NCBI RefSeq assembly: GCF_001194135.2
Contig: NC_068994.1
Span: 12,203,930 to 12,267,929 of the forward strand
Length of the DNA stretch: 64,000 nt
DNA from: Octopus bimaculoides
Taxonomy: Eukaryota
Direction of reading: 5' to 3'
Notes under the pieces: model-generated
The model's input: the letters and a program-made list of their open reading frames with translations, nothing else
Databases searched by the model: none
What the model was told of the DNA's origin: nothing
Translations under genes and position numbers: made by a program
Shown here: positions 1 to 11,770 of the stretch, in pieces
How positions within the stretch are numbered: the first letter of the stretch is position 1
How the letters are laid out: each line of letters starts with the position of its first letter

Positions 1-955
1 TATCTCGCCAGAGCAGAAGTAGACCCAAAAGCAGAATGTATGAGAAGGGGTAACAATATCAACCATGTCCCTGTAGCAGTGGAATCAATTGTGTGTCCCC
101 ATTTATTTTTAATTGTAATATATATAAGAAAAAAAGCGGACAAGTCCACATTAAACTCACACTTGTCATGTTACTGGTAGTTTTTAATTACTTCGAGCGA
201 GGTCGTTGCCAGTGCCACCGGACTGGCTCCTGTGCAGGTGACACCTAAAAACACCATTTGAGCATGGCCGTTGAGCATGACTGGCCCTCATGCTGGTGGC
301 ACCATTTGAGCATGACTGACCCTCGTGCTGGTGGCACGTAAAAGCACCCACTACACTCTCAGAGAGGTTGGTGTTAGGAAGGGCATCCGGCTGTAGAAAC
401 TCTGCCAGATCAGATTGGAGCCTGGTGCAGCCATCTGGTTTGCCAGTCCTCAGTCAAATCGTCCAACCCATGCTAGCATGGAAAGCGGACATTAAACGAT
501 GATGATGATGACAGCATTTGTTATATATTCTTTAGGAGTTCAATACACGACAGTCACATCATAAAAATTTGAAAGCTATGTGATGATGCATGGTTGATTA
601 AAAACAATGTGAATGAAAGAGCATTTCATTTGACAGAATAATTTGAATGCTAAAGGGTCAAGTGGTTGAGGTTGCAAAACCCTTCATTGAACAGAATACC
701 AATCTGTCACAGAGTTTACTTCCCAGCAGTTGCTGGAACCCATTTACGGCTGAGTGGACTGGAGTAAAAGTACTTTGTTCAAGAACACAATGCACTGCCT
801 GATCCAGAAATCGAAACCCTGATTGTATAATTGTGAATGCAGCAACTTAACCACTATGATATGCATCTTTACGTTTTCATTTCTAGTCCAGTTTTACTTT
901 TTGCTGTGTTTCTTGTTCCTAAACAATTCCTATATTCTGTTATTGATTTCTTCAG

Positions 956-1015
956 GATCAACAGGCCCATCTCAAGGCAATGACATTTAAGCAGTTAGTG
1001 GTATCAGGTCGTGAG
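956..1015 (+). CDS. NUP155: NUP155 internal exon (first in window); 5' part of the gene lies outside the window
   Basis: ttcttcag|GATCAA...CGTGAG|gtaag; phase 0/0; DQQAHLKAMTFKQLVVSGRE resembles human [20 protein letters not shown]. Not in the ORF track. Confidence 0.85.
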
Positions 1016-1213
1016 GTAAGAAACCAGTTCATGTTTTCTTTCCATGCACACATAGAGTACACACACACACACACACATATATAGCACACACACACACACA
1101 CACACACATACGTAGCACACACACACACACACATGCTCTATATGCAATGCATTGTATTTTATTCTCCTTGCTTCAATAATGTAAATCCTTTCTTCTTGTT
1201 TTAATCTGAATTG

Positions 1214-1249
<36 letters not shown>

Positions 1250-1302
1250 GCGACTAAATGCCTCCTTCCTAATTGTTGTTATTTGTTTTTTTTCTTTCAT
1301 AG

Positions 1303-1434
1303 ATGTGTAATGCACTGATAACTAGTCTGATTGATCGCTACTTACATGACAACGCCACCATCGACGTCGTGAGTAGCACCTTAAGGAAGATATGTCCACG
1401 TCTCTACAGCACTGATGACGAGACTTGTTCAAAG
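1303..1434 (+). CDS. NUP155: NUP155 exon
   Basis: tttcatag|ATGTGT...TCAAAG|gttctg (weak donor); MCNALITSLIDRYLHDNATIDVVSSTLRKICPRLYSTDDETCSK resembles human [44 protein letters not shown]. Confidence 0.9.
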
Positions 1435-1439
1435 GTTCT

Positions 1440-1821
1440 GTTCGTCTTGTTTCTTTCCTTTTTTTCTTTTTTTCCCCCCCGACTCTTGTCGGCTCTTTAC
1501 AATCTCAGTTCAAATCCCACCGAGGCCAGCTTTGCCTTTTGTCCTTTTGGGGGTCAATAAAATGCAAGTATTGGGATCGATGTAACTGACTTGTTCCCTC
1601 CCCTCACAATTGCTGGCTTTCTGTCTAAATTAGAAACAGTTATGGGGCAAAACGCTAATTTCGGCATTTCGTCAGTCTTTGCCAGAAACCACCAAGGTTG
1701 ACTGAGCCTTTTATCCTTTTGGGGGTCAAAAAAATAAGTACCAGTTGAGCACTGGGGTTAATGTAACTGACTTGCCCCCTCCTCTCGAACTTACTGGCCT
1801 CATGCCAAAATTTGAAACCAG

Positions 1822-1861
<40 letters not shown>

Positions 1862-3500
1862 TACTGCCTGACGGGCCCTCGTGCCGGTGGAACGTAAAAG
1901 CACCCACTACACTCTCGGAGTAGTTGGCGTTATGGAGGGCATCCAGCTGTAGAAACTCTGCCAGATCAGATTGGAGCCTGGTGCAGCCATCTAGTTCGCC
2001 AGTCCTCAGTCAAATTGTCCAACCCATGCTAGCATGGAAAGCGGACGTTAAATGATGATGATGATGATGATGATGATGATTAAGGTGAGGAGCTGGCAGA
2101 ATTGTGAGCATGTAAGACAATGCTTAGCAGCATTTCTTCCGAGTCTTTATGATTTGAGTTCAAATTTTGCTGAGGTTGACTTTGCCTTTCATCCTCTCAT
2201 GGTCAGTAAAATAAGTGCCAGTCGAACACTGGGGTTAATGAAATTGATGGCAAAATTTCAGGCCTTGTGCTTCTGGAAGCATGCTGTTCCAAGTCTCACC
2301 TGGAGACCTCAAGTAATAGCAAGTTGGATGATTTGCAGTGGGTGTTTATATATGATTAGCAATGACATATTGCAGGGAAAGAAGACAAGATTCTGAAAAT
2401 TCAGATTTTATTAGATATGTATTATTTCCAATTTTTTAAAATTTACAACACTTTAGCATGAAATACAATATATATAAGAAATGTATGTATGTTAGGTGTG
2501 GAAAACTGCATCTTGTAAATTGCAAGAAAAAATATCCAATTAATAGACTAATTTATTAAAATTTCAAACCTCTTTGTGAGTTTTGTTCTAACCTGTAGAA
2601 TCATTACTGAAGTAGATAAAATGCTTAGTGGCATTTCTTCCAGTTCTTAGTTCAAATCCTACCAAAATCAACTTCGCCTTTCATTCTTTAAAGGGTAATA
2701 AAATAAGTGCCAGTTGAGCACTTGATTTGAAGTATTAGACTAACTCTTTCCCCTAATCTTTCAGGCCTTGTGCCTTTAGTGGAAAGGATTATTACTATTA
2801 TTAAAAAGGCTGTGAGTTGGCAGAATCGTTAGCACACTAGGCGAAATGCTTAGCAGTATTTTGTCTGTCGCTATATTCTGAGTTCAAATTCTGCTGAGGT
2901 TGACTTTTTGCCTTTCATCTTTTTGGGGTCAATAAATTAAGTACTAGTTGAACACTAGGGTAGATGTAATTGACACATCCCCTCCCCTAAAATGGCTACT
3001 CTTGAGGCAAAATTTGAAACCATTATTATTATTAAGGCAGTGAGCTGGCAAAATCTTTAGCATGCCGAAAGAAATACTTTGCGGCCTTTCAACCATCACT
3101 ATGTTCTGAGTTCAAATTCCACTCAGGTCAATTTTGCCTTTCATCCTTCTGGGGTCAATAAATTAAATATCAAATTTCAGGCCTTGTGCCTATAGTAGAA
3201 AGAATTATCATAATTATTTAAGATGGTGAGCTGGCAGAATCGTTAGCGCACTGGATGAAATGCTAAGTGATATTTTGCACTACATTCTGAGTTCAAATTC
3301 TACCAAGGTCAACTTTACCTTTCATCCTTTCAGGATTGATAGAATTAGTACCAGTCACGCACTGGGGTCGATGTAATCGACTTAATCCCTTCCCCCAAAT
3401 TTGAGGCCTTGTGCTTCCAGTAGAAAGGATTATTATTTAAAGGCGGTGCTCCAGCATGGCCGCAGCCAAAGGACTGAAACAAATAAAAGAGTAAAAGAGT
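1440..3500 (+). repeat. Head-to-tail chain of about 7 SINE-B copies, plus one family D element, in a NUP155 intron
   Basis: Recurrent ttctgagttcaaatt...ctttgcctttcatc...ggggtc...actggggtcgatgtaa units separated by (ATT)n-like linkers. Confidence 0.8.
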
Positions 3501-3568
3501 ATATGTAGTTATAAATGATTGTGTGTGTTTGTAGTTAGTACAACTGTTAAGATCTGTCTGTTTTCTAG

Positions 3569-3646
3569 GCTTTAGAGTTACTACAAGCTGCCAAGGTGAA
3601 TCCTGACCAAATAAAGAAGAAACAGCAGCTGGAAGAGGCCTTAATG
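3569..3646 (+). CDS. NUP155: NUP155 exon
   Basis: ttttctag|GCTTTA...TTAATG|gtaagt; ALELLQAAKVNPDQIKKKQQLEEALM; phase 0/0. Confidence 0.9.
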
Positions 3647-3738
3647 GTAAGTTGCTTGTGATTTCTTAATATTCCATCCTCTACATTATTTACACTATTT
3701 ACATTTGATGGATATTTGTTCTCATCTTGTTTGTTGTT

Positions 3739-3788
3739 AACACAACGTTTCGTCTGGCTGATATACTCCCCAGCTTTCTTCAAGTGTC
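3739..3788 (-). other. Decayed Penelope-type minimal hammerhead ribozyme motif
   Basis: Minus strand GACAC-TTGAAGA-AAGCTG-loop-CAGCC-agac-GAAAC-GTT-GTGTT: stem I, stem II and core order fit; C3 is changed to U and there is a 4-nt insertion. Confidence 0.45.
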
Positions 3789-4008
3789 CTGCGGAAATTT
3801 CGAACCTAGGTTCTCATTCCCAAGGTATTTTTTGGTAGAGGTGGTGGTAGCCTCCTCCTCCTCCTCCTCCTCAGGAAGCGGTTCAGCCTCTTAGGTCTAA
3901 CCAACAGTAGTATTATTCCCTTCAGGGGACTGTCACATTTAGTTGACAGCATACAACTACTTTATGTATGAATTTGTTACAAAATTCCTATTCACCATAT
4001 CTTTGCAG

Positions 4009-4205
4009 TTATACAAATCAGTGAGCCAGCCTCTTCAATTGTCTGCCGTGTGCAACCAGTTAAGCTCTGTGCAGTATTATGCAGGAATAGTAGACCTCTG
4101 CCTATGTATTGCACAAAAACGGGACCCTCAGAACTTTGCCCTCCACTTCCATAAAAACGGTGAGCCACCAGAAGATAACCAAGGCAAGCAAGCATATAAA
4201 GCCAG
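4009..4205 (+). CDS. NUP155: NUP155 exon
   Basis: ctttgcag|TTATAC...GCCAG|gtaagt; LYKSVSQPLQLSAVCNQ...KRDPQNFALHFHKNGEPPED (human [20 protein letters not shown]); ends in phase 2. Confidence 0.95.
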
Positions 4206-4619
4206 GTAAGTGGAAAGGTGTCAATGACCAGGTTGCCGTCAGAGCTTTGAAAATTTTGACACCAAGCTGTTTAACATTTTCACCATGGAAATCAGATATA
4301 TCCATTTAAAGATTTTATTAGTTTTTAACTGTGGAAAGCCATTCTATCTTTTAGTGGGGAATGTCATGTTTGAAACTACTTTTTGCTGTGATCTGTCAAG
4401 TTCTATGTTTTATTCTGACAGATTATATACAATGTGTTTTTATGCTTTTTTTTTTTAAGACTGTAGGGTGTGATATGAGGGTGATAAAGTTGCTATTTCT
4501 AGTGGGGTTAAATGATTACATAAAGAGAAAAGTTCCGTTGTGTATGTTGGATTTGTTGGTGTTAACAGAATGTGTAAGCAATCAGGTTGTTATATTGGTG
4601 GTGTTTGTTGTTTTTTCAG

Positions 4620-4770
4620 AATGGATTGTTATAAACACATCACAGAGACTCTGGTCTACCTGCTTTATGCTAGCGTTTCACATCCACAGTCACCCAGCAC
4701 ACCAAAGTCACCTGGTAAGCCCCTAGCTCCTGATCCAAACAGACTGTCACCATCAGAAGCTGAACTACAG
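4620..4770 (+). CDS. NUP155: NUP155 exon
   Basis: ttttcag|AATGGAT...CTACAG|gtaaag; MDCYKHITETLVYLLYASVSHPQSPSTPKSPGKP (human YKCITDTL...PQSPSVPKKPGPP). Confidence 0.95.
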
Positions 4771-5657
4771 GTAAAGTTCTTCAGTAAAATTTCATTGGCC
4801 TCTGTCCTGTATGTCTGGCTGTCTGTTACACACTCACACACACACACACACACACTCTCTCTTGCTTACTCCCTCTCTTCTGATCTGTCCATTTGATTCT
4901 ACTCTCTTGTATTGCTCTCTCACTTTTTCATCTTATCTCTAGTTTTATTTATATCTTAATGTCTCTCTTTCTCCTTGTTTTCCTCTCTTTTTCATTAAGT
5001 CTGACCCTTAGCCTTTCTCTATTGTCTTCCATGTCCTGAAATGCTGCCCTAAAAGAAATTTGAGGGGAGAGAGAGAGAGAGTGAGAAAGAACTCTGAATT
5101 TTCTTGCTGGTGAGATGGAAAAAGTAAACTGAATGAGAAAAAGATCACATTACAACTATATAAAACTCTCTCTCTCTCTCTCTCTCTCTAGTCATGCATA
5201 TTATGTTGTGTGTGTGTATATATATATATATACATACATATATATATATATATATNNNNNNNNNNNNNNNNNNNNNNNNNNNNNNNNNNNNNNNNNNNNN
5301 NNNNNNNNNNNNNNNNNNNNNNNNNNNNNNNNNNNNNNNNNNNNNNNNNNNNNNNNNNNNNNNNNNNNNNNNNNNNNNNNNNNNNNNNNNNNNNNNNNNN
5401 NNNNNNNNNNNNNNNNNNNNNNNNNNNNNNNNNNNNNNNNNNNNNNNNNNNNNNNNNNNNNNNNNNNNNNNNNNNNNNNNNNNNNNTGTTAAAACGGGGG
5501 TAGCTGATGAAGTAGAATGTTCTCTATGTGGCTTGTGTGTTTTCTCGTCTACGTTTTGTTTGCAATGTCCTGTACCCAGATATGCACCTATACATACAGG
5601 TGGATGTCTGTACGCACATACTTGTACGTATATATGCATATACTCATTTACTATTTG

Positions 5658-5694
<37 letters not shown>

Positions 5695-5917
5695 CATAAC
5701 AGCACCAGCAGTCATGTAATCATAACCAATCAGGGAAATATAATACATTACAATTTGATTTTCCACTTAAACATGCATTCGGTTAAAGAGAGCAAGGCTA
5801 AAATTCATGTGTGTGTGTGTGTATGTATTATATATATATATTGGTGTGTTTATGTGTATGAATATAAACACACATACCATTTTTAAATTGTGACATCATT
5901 TTGTTGTTTCCTTGCAG

Positions 5918-6022
5918 AAAGAGCAGGTATTTAAATTAGCTTTGAAGTCAGGCGACGAGTTATTTCATGTGGCGCTGTATGACTGGCTGTTGCAGAACAA
6001 TTTGAATGACAAACTCATTGAG
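5918..6022 (+). CDS. NUP155: NUP155 exon
   Basis: cttgcag|AAAGAG...ATTGAG|gtaaaa; [35 protein letters not shown] (human [25 protein letters not shown]). Confidence 0.95.
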
Positions 6023-7083
6023 GTAAAACAACACCTATTACCATTTCTAATACTCGAGAAAGGTCCTACTTTACATCACATACCCCCCNNNNNNNNNNNN
6101 NNNNNNNNNNNNNNNNNNNNNNNNNNNNNNNNNNNNNNNNNNNNNNNNNNNNNNNNNNNNNNNNNNNNNNNNNNNNNNNNNNNNNNNNNNNNNNNNNNNN
6201 NNNNNNNNNNNNNNNNNNNNNNNNNNNNNNNNNNNNNNNNNNNNNNNNNNNNNNNNNNNNNNNNNNNNNNNNNNNNNNNNNNNNNNNNNNNNNNNNNNNN
6301 NNNNNNNNNNNNNNNNNNNNNNNNNNNNNNNNNNNNNNNNNNNNNNNNNNNNNNNNNNNNNNNNNNNNNNNNNNNNNNNNNNNNNNNNNNNNNNNNNNNN
6401 NNNNNNNNNNNNNNNNNNNNNNNNNNNNNNNNNNNNNNNNNNNNNNNNNNNNNNNNNNNNNNNNNNNNNNNNNNNNNNNNNNNNNNNNNNNNNNNNNNNN
6501 NNNNNNNNNNNNNNNNNNNNNNNNNNNNNNNNNNNNNNNNNNNNNNNNNNNNNNNNNNNNNNNNNNNNNNNNNNNNNNNNNNNNNNNNNNNNNNNNNNNN
6601 NNNNNNNNNNNNNNNNNNNNNNNNNNNNNNNNNNNNNNNNNNNNNNNNNNNNNNNNNNNNNNNNNNNNNNNNNNNNNNNNNNNNNNNNNNNNNNNNNNNN
6701 NNNNNNNNNNNNNNNNNNNNNNNNNNNNNNNNNNNNNNNNNNNNNNNNNNNNNNNNNNNNNNNNNNNNNNNNNNNNNNNNNNNNNNNNNNNNNNNNNNNN
6801 NNNNNNNNNNNNNNNNNNNNNNNNNNNNNNNNNNNNNNNNACTTTTGACAGAATAATGTTGATGCTAAAGAGTTGATGTTTGAAAATCCATGCTTGCATG
6901 AATCAGGTTGAATTTGTTGTGGTGGATATTCTATGGCTGGATAGCCTTCCTGTCACCAACCATCACTGGTTTCCATAAATGGTAGCATTTTCTTGAAAAA
7001 AAAAGAGATTCCAAAATTTTTAAATGCAATAAATTCCAAAATTTAAAAAAACCGCGGGAACTCAGTTGCCAACCCAATATATC

Positions 7084-7117
<34 letters not shown>

Positions 7118-7411
7118 ATCATGCTGGCGTGCGGTTAGGCAGTTTGACCAGAGCTGGCAAGCCAGAGAACTACACCAGGCTCTAGTTGTCTGTCCTGGCT
7201 TGGTATCTATGGTTGGATGCCCTTCCTAATACCAACCATTCCACAGAGCATGGGTGCCTTTAACATGCCACCGGCACAGGTGCCCTGTGCCCACCTCTCA
7301 TTTAATGACCCTTAAGCATTACAAGATAGCCTGGACGTTCTTCTAGCATTTTGATCCCTAATTTTTGTTTTCTTGTTCATCTGATGAAACCTTTTTTTTT
7401 TACATATGCAG

Positions 7412-7569
7412 ATCAAGAGCCCGTTTTTGGAGACCTACCTGAAATGGAAGGCCAGCATTGTTCAAGACGACAAGACACTGATTCTTGATTTGCTGTGGAA
7501 GTTCTACCAGAAGAACAAAAACTTCCCTGCCGCTGCTCGTATCTTATCAAGGCTGGCAGAAAAACATGG
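7412..7569 (+). CDS. NUP155: NUP155 exon
   Basis: tatgcag|ATCAAG...CATGG|gtgagt; IKSPFLETYL...DLLWKFYQKNKNFPAAARILSRLAEKH (human [27 protein letters not shown]). Confidence 0.95.
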
Positions 7570-7647
7570 GTGAGTTCTTGAGTGTTTTATCTTTTGGTAT
7601 GAGGAACAAAGGGACGAGGTGGTTAGTATGTATATATGTAGGCATAG

Positions 7648-8038
7648 GGAGGTGCAATGGCCCAGTGGTTAGGGCAGCGGACTCGCGGTCATAGGATCGC
7701 GGTTTCGATTCCCAGACCGGGCGTTGTGAGTGTTTATTGAGCGAAAACACCTAAAAGCTCCACGAGGCTCCGGCAGGGGATGGTGGCAAACCCTGCTGTA
7801 CTCTTTCACCACAACTTTCTCTCACTCTTACTTCCTGTTTCTGTTGTGCCTGTAATTCAAAGGGTCAGACTTGTCACACTGTGTCACGCTGAATATCCCC
7901 GAGAGCTATGTTAAGGGTACACATGTCTGTGGAGTGCTCAGCCACTTGCACGTTAATTTCACGAGCAGGCTGTTCCGTTGATCGGATCAATTGGAACCCT
8001 AGACGTCGTAAGTGACGGAGTGTCAACAACAACAAACA
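7648..8038 (+). mobile_element. tRNA-derived SINE family A (about 390 bp, AAC tail), full length with TSD
   Basis: A box TGGCCCAGTGG, B box GGTTTCGATTCC; TSD ATGTAGGCATAG(G) at 7636 and 8039. Confidence 0.85.
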
Positions 8039-8831
8039 ATGTAGGCATAGGCATGGCTGTGTCATTGAAAAGATAACTTTGCAACCATATAGTGTCAGGT
8101 TCCATCCCACCGTTTGGTAAATTGGGTAAGAATCTTCGATTATAGCCTATGACTAGCAAATGCCTTGTAAGTGGATTTGGTAGATGGAAATAGAAAAAGC
8201 TATGTTCCTTGTAGCTGTGTGATCAAGAAGTTTGATTCATAACCACATGGTTTTGGGCTCAGTTCCCCTGCATGGTACCTTGGGCATGTGTCTTCTACTA
8301 TAGTCCCAGGCCAACCAAAGCCTTGAGTGGATTTGATAGAGGGAAACTGAAAGAAATCCATCGTATGTATATATGTATATATGTGTGTGCCACATAAAAA
8401 GTATTGGTGATGGTGCCATGTAAAAAGCACCCAGTACACTCTGTAAAGTGGTTGGTGTTAGGAAGGGCACCCAGCTGTAGAACTTGGTATGGCTCCTGGC
8501 CTTTGCTAGCTCTTGTCAAACCATCCAACCCATGCCAGCATGGAGAACGGACGAGAAATGATGATATGTGTGTTTAAGCGTGTTAGTGTCCCCTTGTTTC
8601 GACATAGTGTAATAGTTGTAAATGAGTATCACTGTCATATAAGCAGTGTACTTTGTTTCCAATCTTCTGTGAAGACCTGTCTAACTATGGGGGAAATTTA
8701 CCTTATTGGAAACAGATGAGGGTTGGCAACAGGAAGGGCATCCAGTCATTGTCAGATCTGCTCAACAAATTCCATCTGACCCATGTGAGATGGAAAAGGG
8801 GACATTAAGATGACGATAATGATCATACATA

Positions 8832-9046
8832 TTCTTTTACTCTTTTACTTGTTTCAGTCATTTGACTGTGGCCATGCTGGAGCACCGCCTTTAGTCGAGC
8901 AAATCGACCCCAGGAATTATTCTTTGGAAGCCTAGTACTTATTTTATTGGCCTCTTTTGCCAAACCGCTAAGTTACGAGGACGTAAACACACCAACATCG
9001 GTTGTCAAGCGATGGTGGGGGGACAAACACAGACACACAAACACAT

Positions 9047-9079
<33 letters not shown>

Positions 9080-9251
9080 CATATATATGATGGGCTTCTT
9101 TCAGTTTCCGTCTACCAAATCCACTCACAAGGCTTTGGTCGGCCCAAGGCTATAGTAGAAGACACTTGCCCAAGGTGCCACGCAGTGGGACTGTGTACTC
9201 AGAACCATGTGGTTGGTAAGCAAGCTACTTACCACACAGCCACTCCTGTGC
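8832..9251 (-). mobile_element. tRNA-derived SINE family C (about 420 bp, internal CA/TA microsatellite, AAAGAGT tail)
   Basis: Minus-strand head aggcgcaggagtggctgtgtggtaag...gggttcagtccc; copies at 19900-20250(+), 24342-24648(+), 25944-26515(-), 27000-27391(-), 37765-38125(+), 52764-53146(-), 57520-57850(-), 60665-61081(-). Confidence 0.85.
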
Positions 9252-9786
9252 CTATATATATATATGTTTGTTAATGAACTTGTTTACATATTTTTCTCAG
9301 TTATTCAAAAGTCATAAGGTTTGCACTGTGTTCTGTTGGCATTTTTCTAGTGAATAGATTGCTCACTCATTCGTTGCTTTGAACAGCCTATGGAATAAGA
9401 AATCCCTTACTTGAAAAACAGATAAGGATTAGTGGTAGGAAGAGTATCCAGATGTAAATCATGCCTTCATAACATATTCATCTAACCCATGCCAGCATGG
9501 AGAGAGACATAAAGGGATTATGCGTGTGTGAGGAAATGTGTGTGAATGTTGATATTCCCATACTTGTAAAACAGGCAACGGTTGGCAACAGGAAGAGCAC
9601 CCAGCTGTAAAATCCTGCCTCAAGTCCATCCCATTCTAATATGGTTAAAAAAAAAACAAACAAAAAAATGGAAGTTAAACAAATGCTGGTTTCACCAGTC
9701 GTCAGTCAAATCGTCCAACCCATGCTAGCATGGAAAGCGGACGTTAAACGATGATGATGATGATGATGTATGTGTTTGTATTTCAG

Positions 9787-9916
9787 GTCTGATCTCACCC
9801 TGTCACAGCGTGTTGAGTACTTATCTCGTGCTATAGCCTGTGCTAAAGGTTCGACATTGATGACCAGCGTAGCCACGGAAGGAGAATTCTTGCATGAACT
9901 GGAGGAGAAGATGGAT
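9787..9916 (+). CDS. NUP155: NUP155 exon
   Basis: tttcag|GTCTGAT...ATGGAT|gtaagt; SDLTLSQRVEYLSRAIACAKGST...EGEFLHELEEKMD (human DGEFLHELEEKME). Confidence 0.95.
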
Positions 9917-10409
9917 GTAAGTACATTACATCAGCCCTTGAGCATTTAAATCGGTCATATCCAGCCTAAGTATTCTATTTGTTTTATGTTAAATCCAGCC
10001 AGATCTGGCCTCTCACACCTACCTTACAATGTCGTTCTAAAATAACCAATTACATCATTGAAATCTCAAAGCAACAGGATAATGCATGATTAATTCAAAA
10101 CAGTGGTTCCCAAAGTGGGCGGTATCTCTCCCCAGGTGGGTGGGTGGAAAGTTTTAAGGTGGTGGGGGTTGAAGAAAAGTGGGGCAATAATGGGGTAGGG
10201 ATTTGTGTAAAAACAACAAAATAATGGTTTCATTAGGTTAAGTTTTATTTGTTAAATACACTTAAATGTTTGTATGTAGTCCTGCCAAATCCATGAACAT
10301 ATGACCAATAACTGTGTGTGTGTACGCACGTGCACACACACACACACACACACACAGAGTTTGTTTATGAAACTAATTTCCTTCCCACATGGTTTGTTCT
10401 CCGTTGCAG

Positions 10410-10511
10410 GTTGCTAAGTTACAGATGATGGTCTACAATGCTTTCTGCACTATGCAGTGCAACAGTGAAGTGTTGACTGCTTTGAATTCTGATCTTTTAG
10501 ATATTTCATCA
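10410..10511 (+). CDS. NUP155: NUP155 exon
   Basis: ttgcag|GTTGCT...TCATCA|gtaagt; VAKLQMMVYNAFCTMQCNSEVLTALNSDLLDISS. Confidence 0.9.
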
Positions 10512-10850
10512 GTAAGTCTCAGCTATTAATACACTCTTATGTCTCATTACCTCCTACTCTTTCTCAATCTCTCCCCTCCCCTTTCATTTGCACCCATTTT
10601 CTTTCTCTTTTTTTCCTTTCAATTCTCAGCTCACTCTCTCTCTTAACTATTCATTGTTCTTGCTCTCTCATTCATAGTTTTTGCTCTTTGCCTTTCTGTT
10701 TCTCTTGCCTCCCTCTCTCTCATTCGCACCTCTTTATCTCTTTCTTTCATCCACAGTTCTCCCTTATTCACAATCATCTCTCTCTCTCTCTCTCAGTCAT
10801 CTTTCTCTCTCTCATTCTCTCTAATACTTTTTATACCCTCTACCTTTCAG

Positions 10851-10971
10851 CTCTATGAAAAATTTGCCGATCCATACGGCCTGCATGAATGCAAGCTGGC
10901 TATTGTCCATTCTGCTGGCCTCTTTGACCCAGCTCTCATTGAAAATCTTTGGCAAAGTATTATAGATTCAG
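10851..10971 (+). CDS. NUP155: NUP155 exon
   Basis: ctttcag|CTCTAT...TCAG|gtaagt; LYEKFADPYGLHECKLAIVHSAGLFDPALIENLWQSIIDS (human [23 protein letters not shown]). Confidence 0.95.
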
Positions 10972-11065
10972 GTAAGTCCCAAGACACTGTCACCACCGAA
11001 CTGAGCCTGAGCCAATGAGGTGAACCTCAACATGACTGAACGATGCCTTTCATATGTATGTGTGT

Positions 11066-11448
11066 GGAGGTGCAATGGCCCAGTGGTTAGGGCAGCGGAC
11101 TCGTGGTCATAGGATCGCGGGTTTCGATTCCCAGACTGGGTGTTGTGAGTGTTTATTGAGCGAAAACACCTAAAGCTCCACGAGGCTCCGGCAGGGGATG
11201 GTGGCGAACCCTGCTGTACTCTTTCACCACAACTTTCTCTCACTCTTACTACCTGTTTCTGTTGTGCCTGTAATTCAAAGGGTCAGCCTTGTCACACTGT
11301 GTCAAGGCTGAATATCCCCGAGAACTACATTAAGGGTACATGTGTCTGTGGAGTGCTCAGCCACTTGCATGTTAATTTCACGAGCAGGCTGTTCCGTTGA
11401 TCGGATCAACTGGAACCTTCGACGTCGTAAGCGATGGAGTGCCAACAA
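11066..11448 (+). mobile_element. SINE family A copy
   Basis: Near-identical to 7648-8038 over its full length. Confidence 0.85.
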
Positions 11449-11659
11449 TTAGGTCTTTGAAAAGTGCAGTTCTTAATTCATTCCTAACTATAATGAAATG
11501 AATGTTTTTGTTTTTTAAAAATAATTAATTTTCAGTTTTAAACTTAGTTGTGAATAATTAATAATCAATTAAAGATGTGTCTTCTGTGTTATTAATTGTC
11601 AAATTGACAGATATATGGAGAAGTATTAACATGTGGTTTTTCTTTTTTTTTTTTTTCAG

Positions 11660-11770
11660 CGATAGATTCAGCCAAGAAAGCATCTAGTGTCATAAACCCT
11701 GTGAATATATCCAACCAGTTACTTCCAATTGGCAAACAATATGTGTCTGCTGACCGCTACTTTCCTCTTG
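11660..11770 (+). CDS. NUP155: NUP155 exon
   Basis: ttttcag|CGATAG...CTTG|gtaagt; IDSAKKASSVINPVNISNQLLPIGKQYVSADRYFPL (human GKIYAGTPRFFPL); phase 1/1. Confidence 0.92.

Noticed and set aside
1-955. Additional NUP155 exon at the start of the window
   Set aside because: The open frame at 1-130 has no NUP155 similarity or donor; the rest is SINE or MITE sequence.
7648-7725. tRNA genes (A/B boxes here and at 11066, 28398, 36320-36394, 41840-41915 and others)
   Set aside because: No complete cloverleaf with an acceptor stem; each continues into a shared SINE body, often with TSDs.
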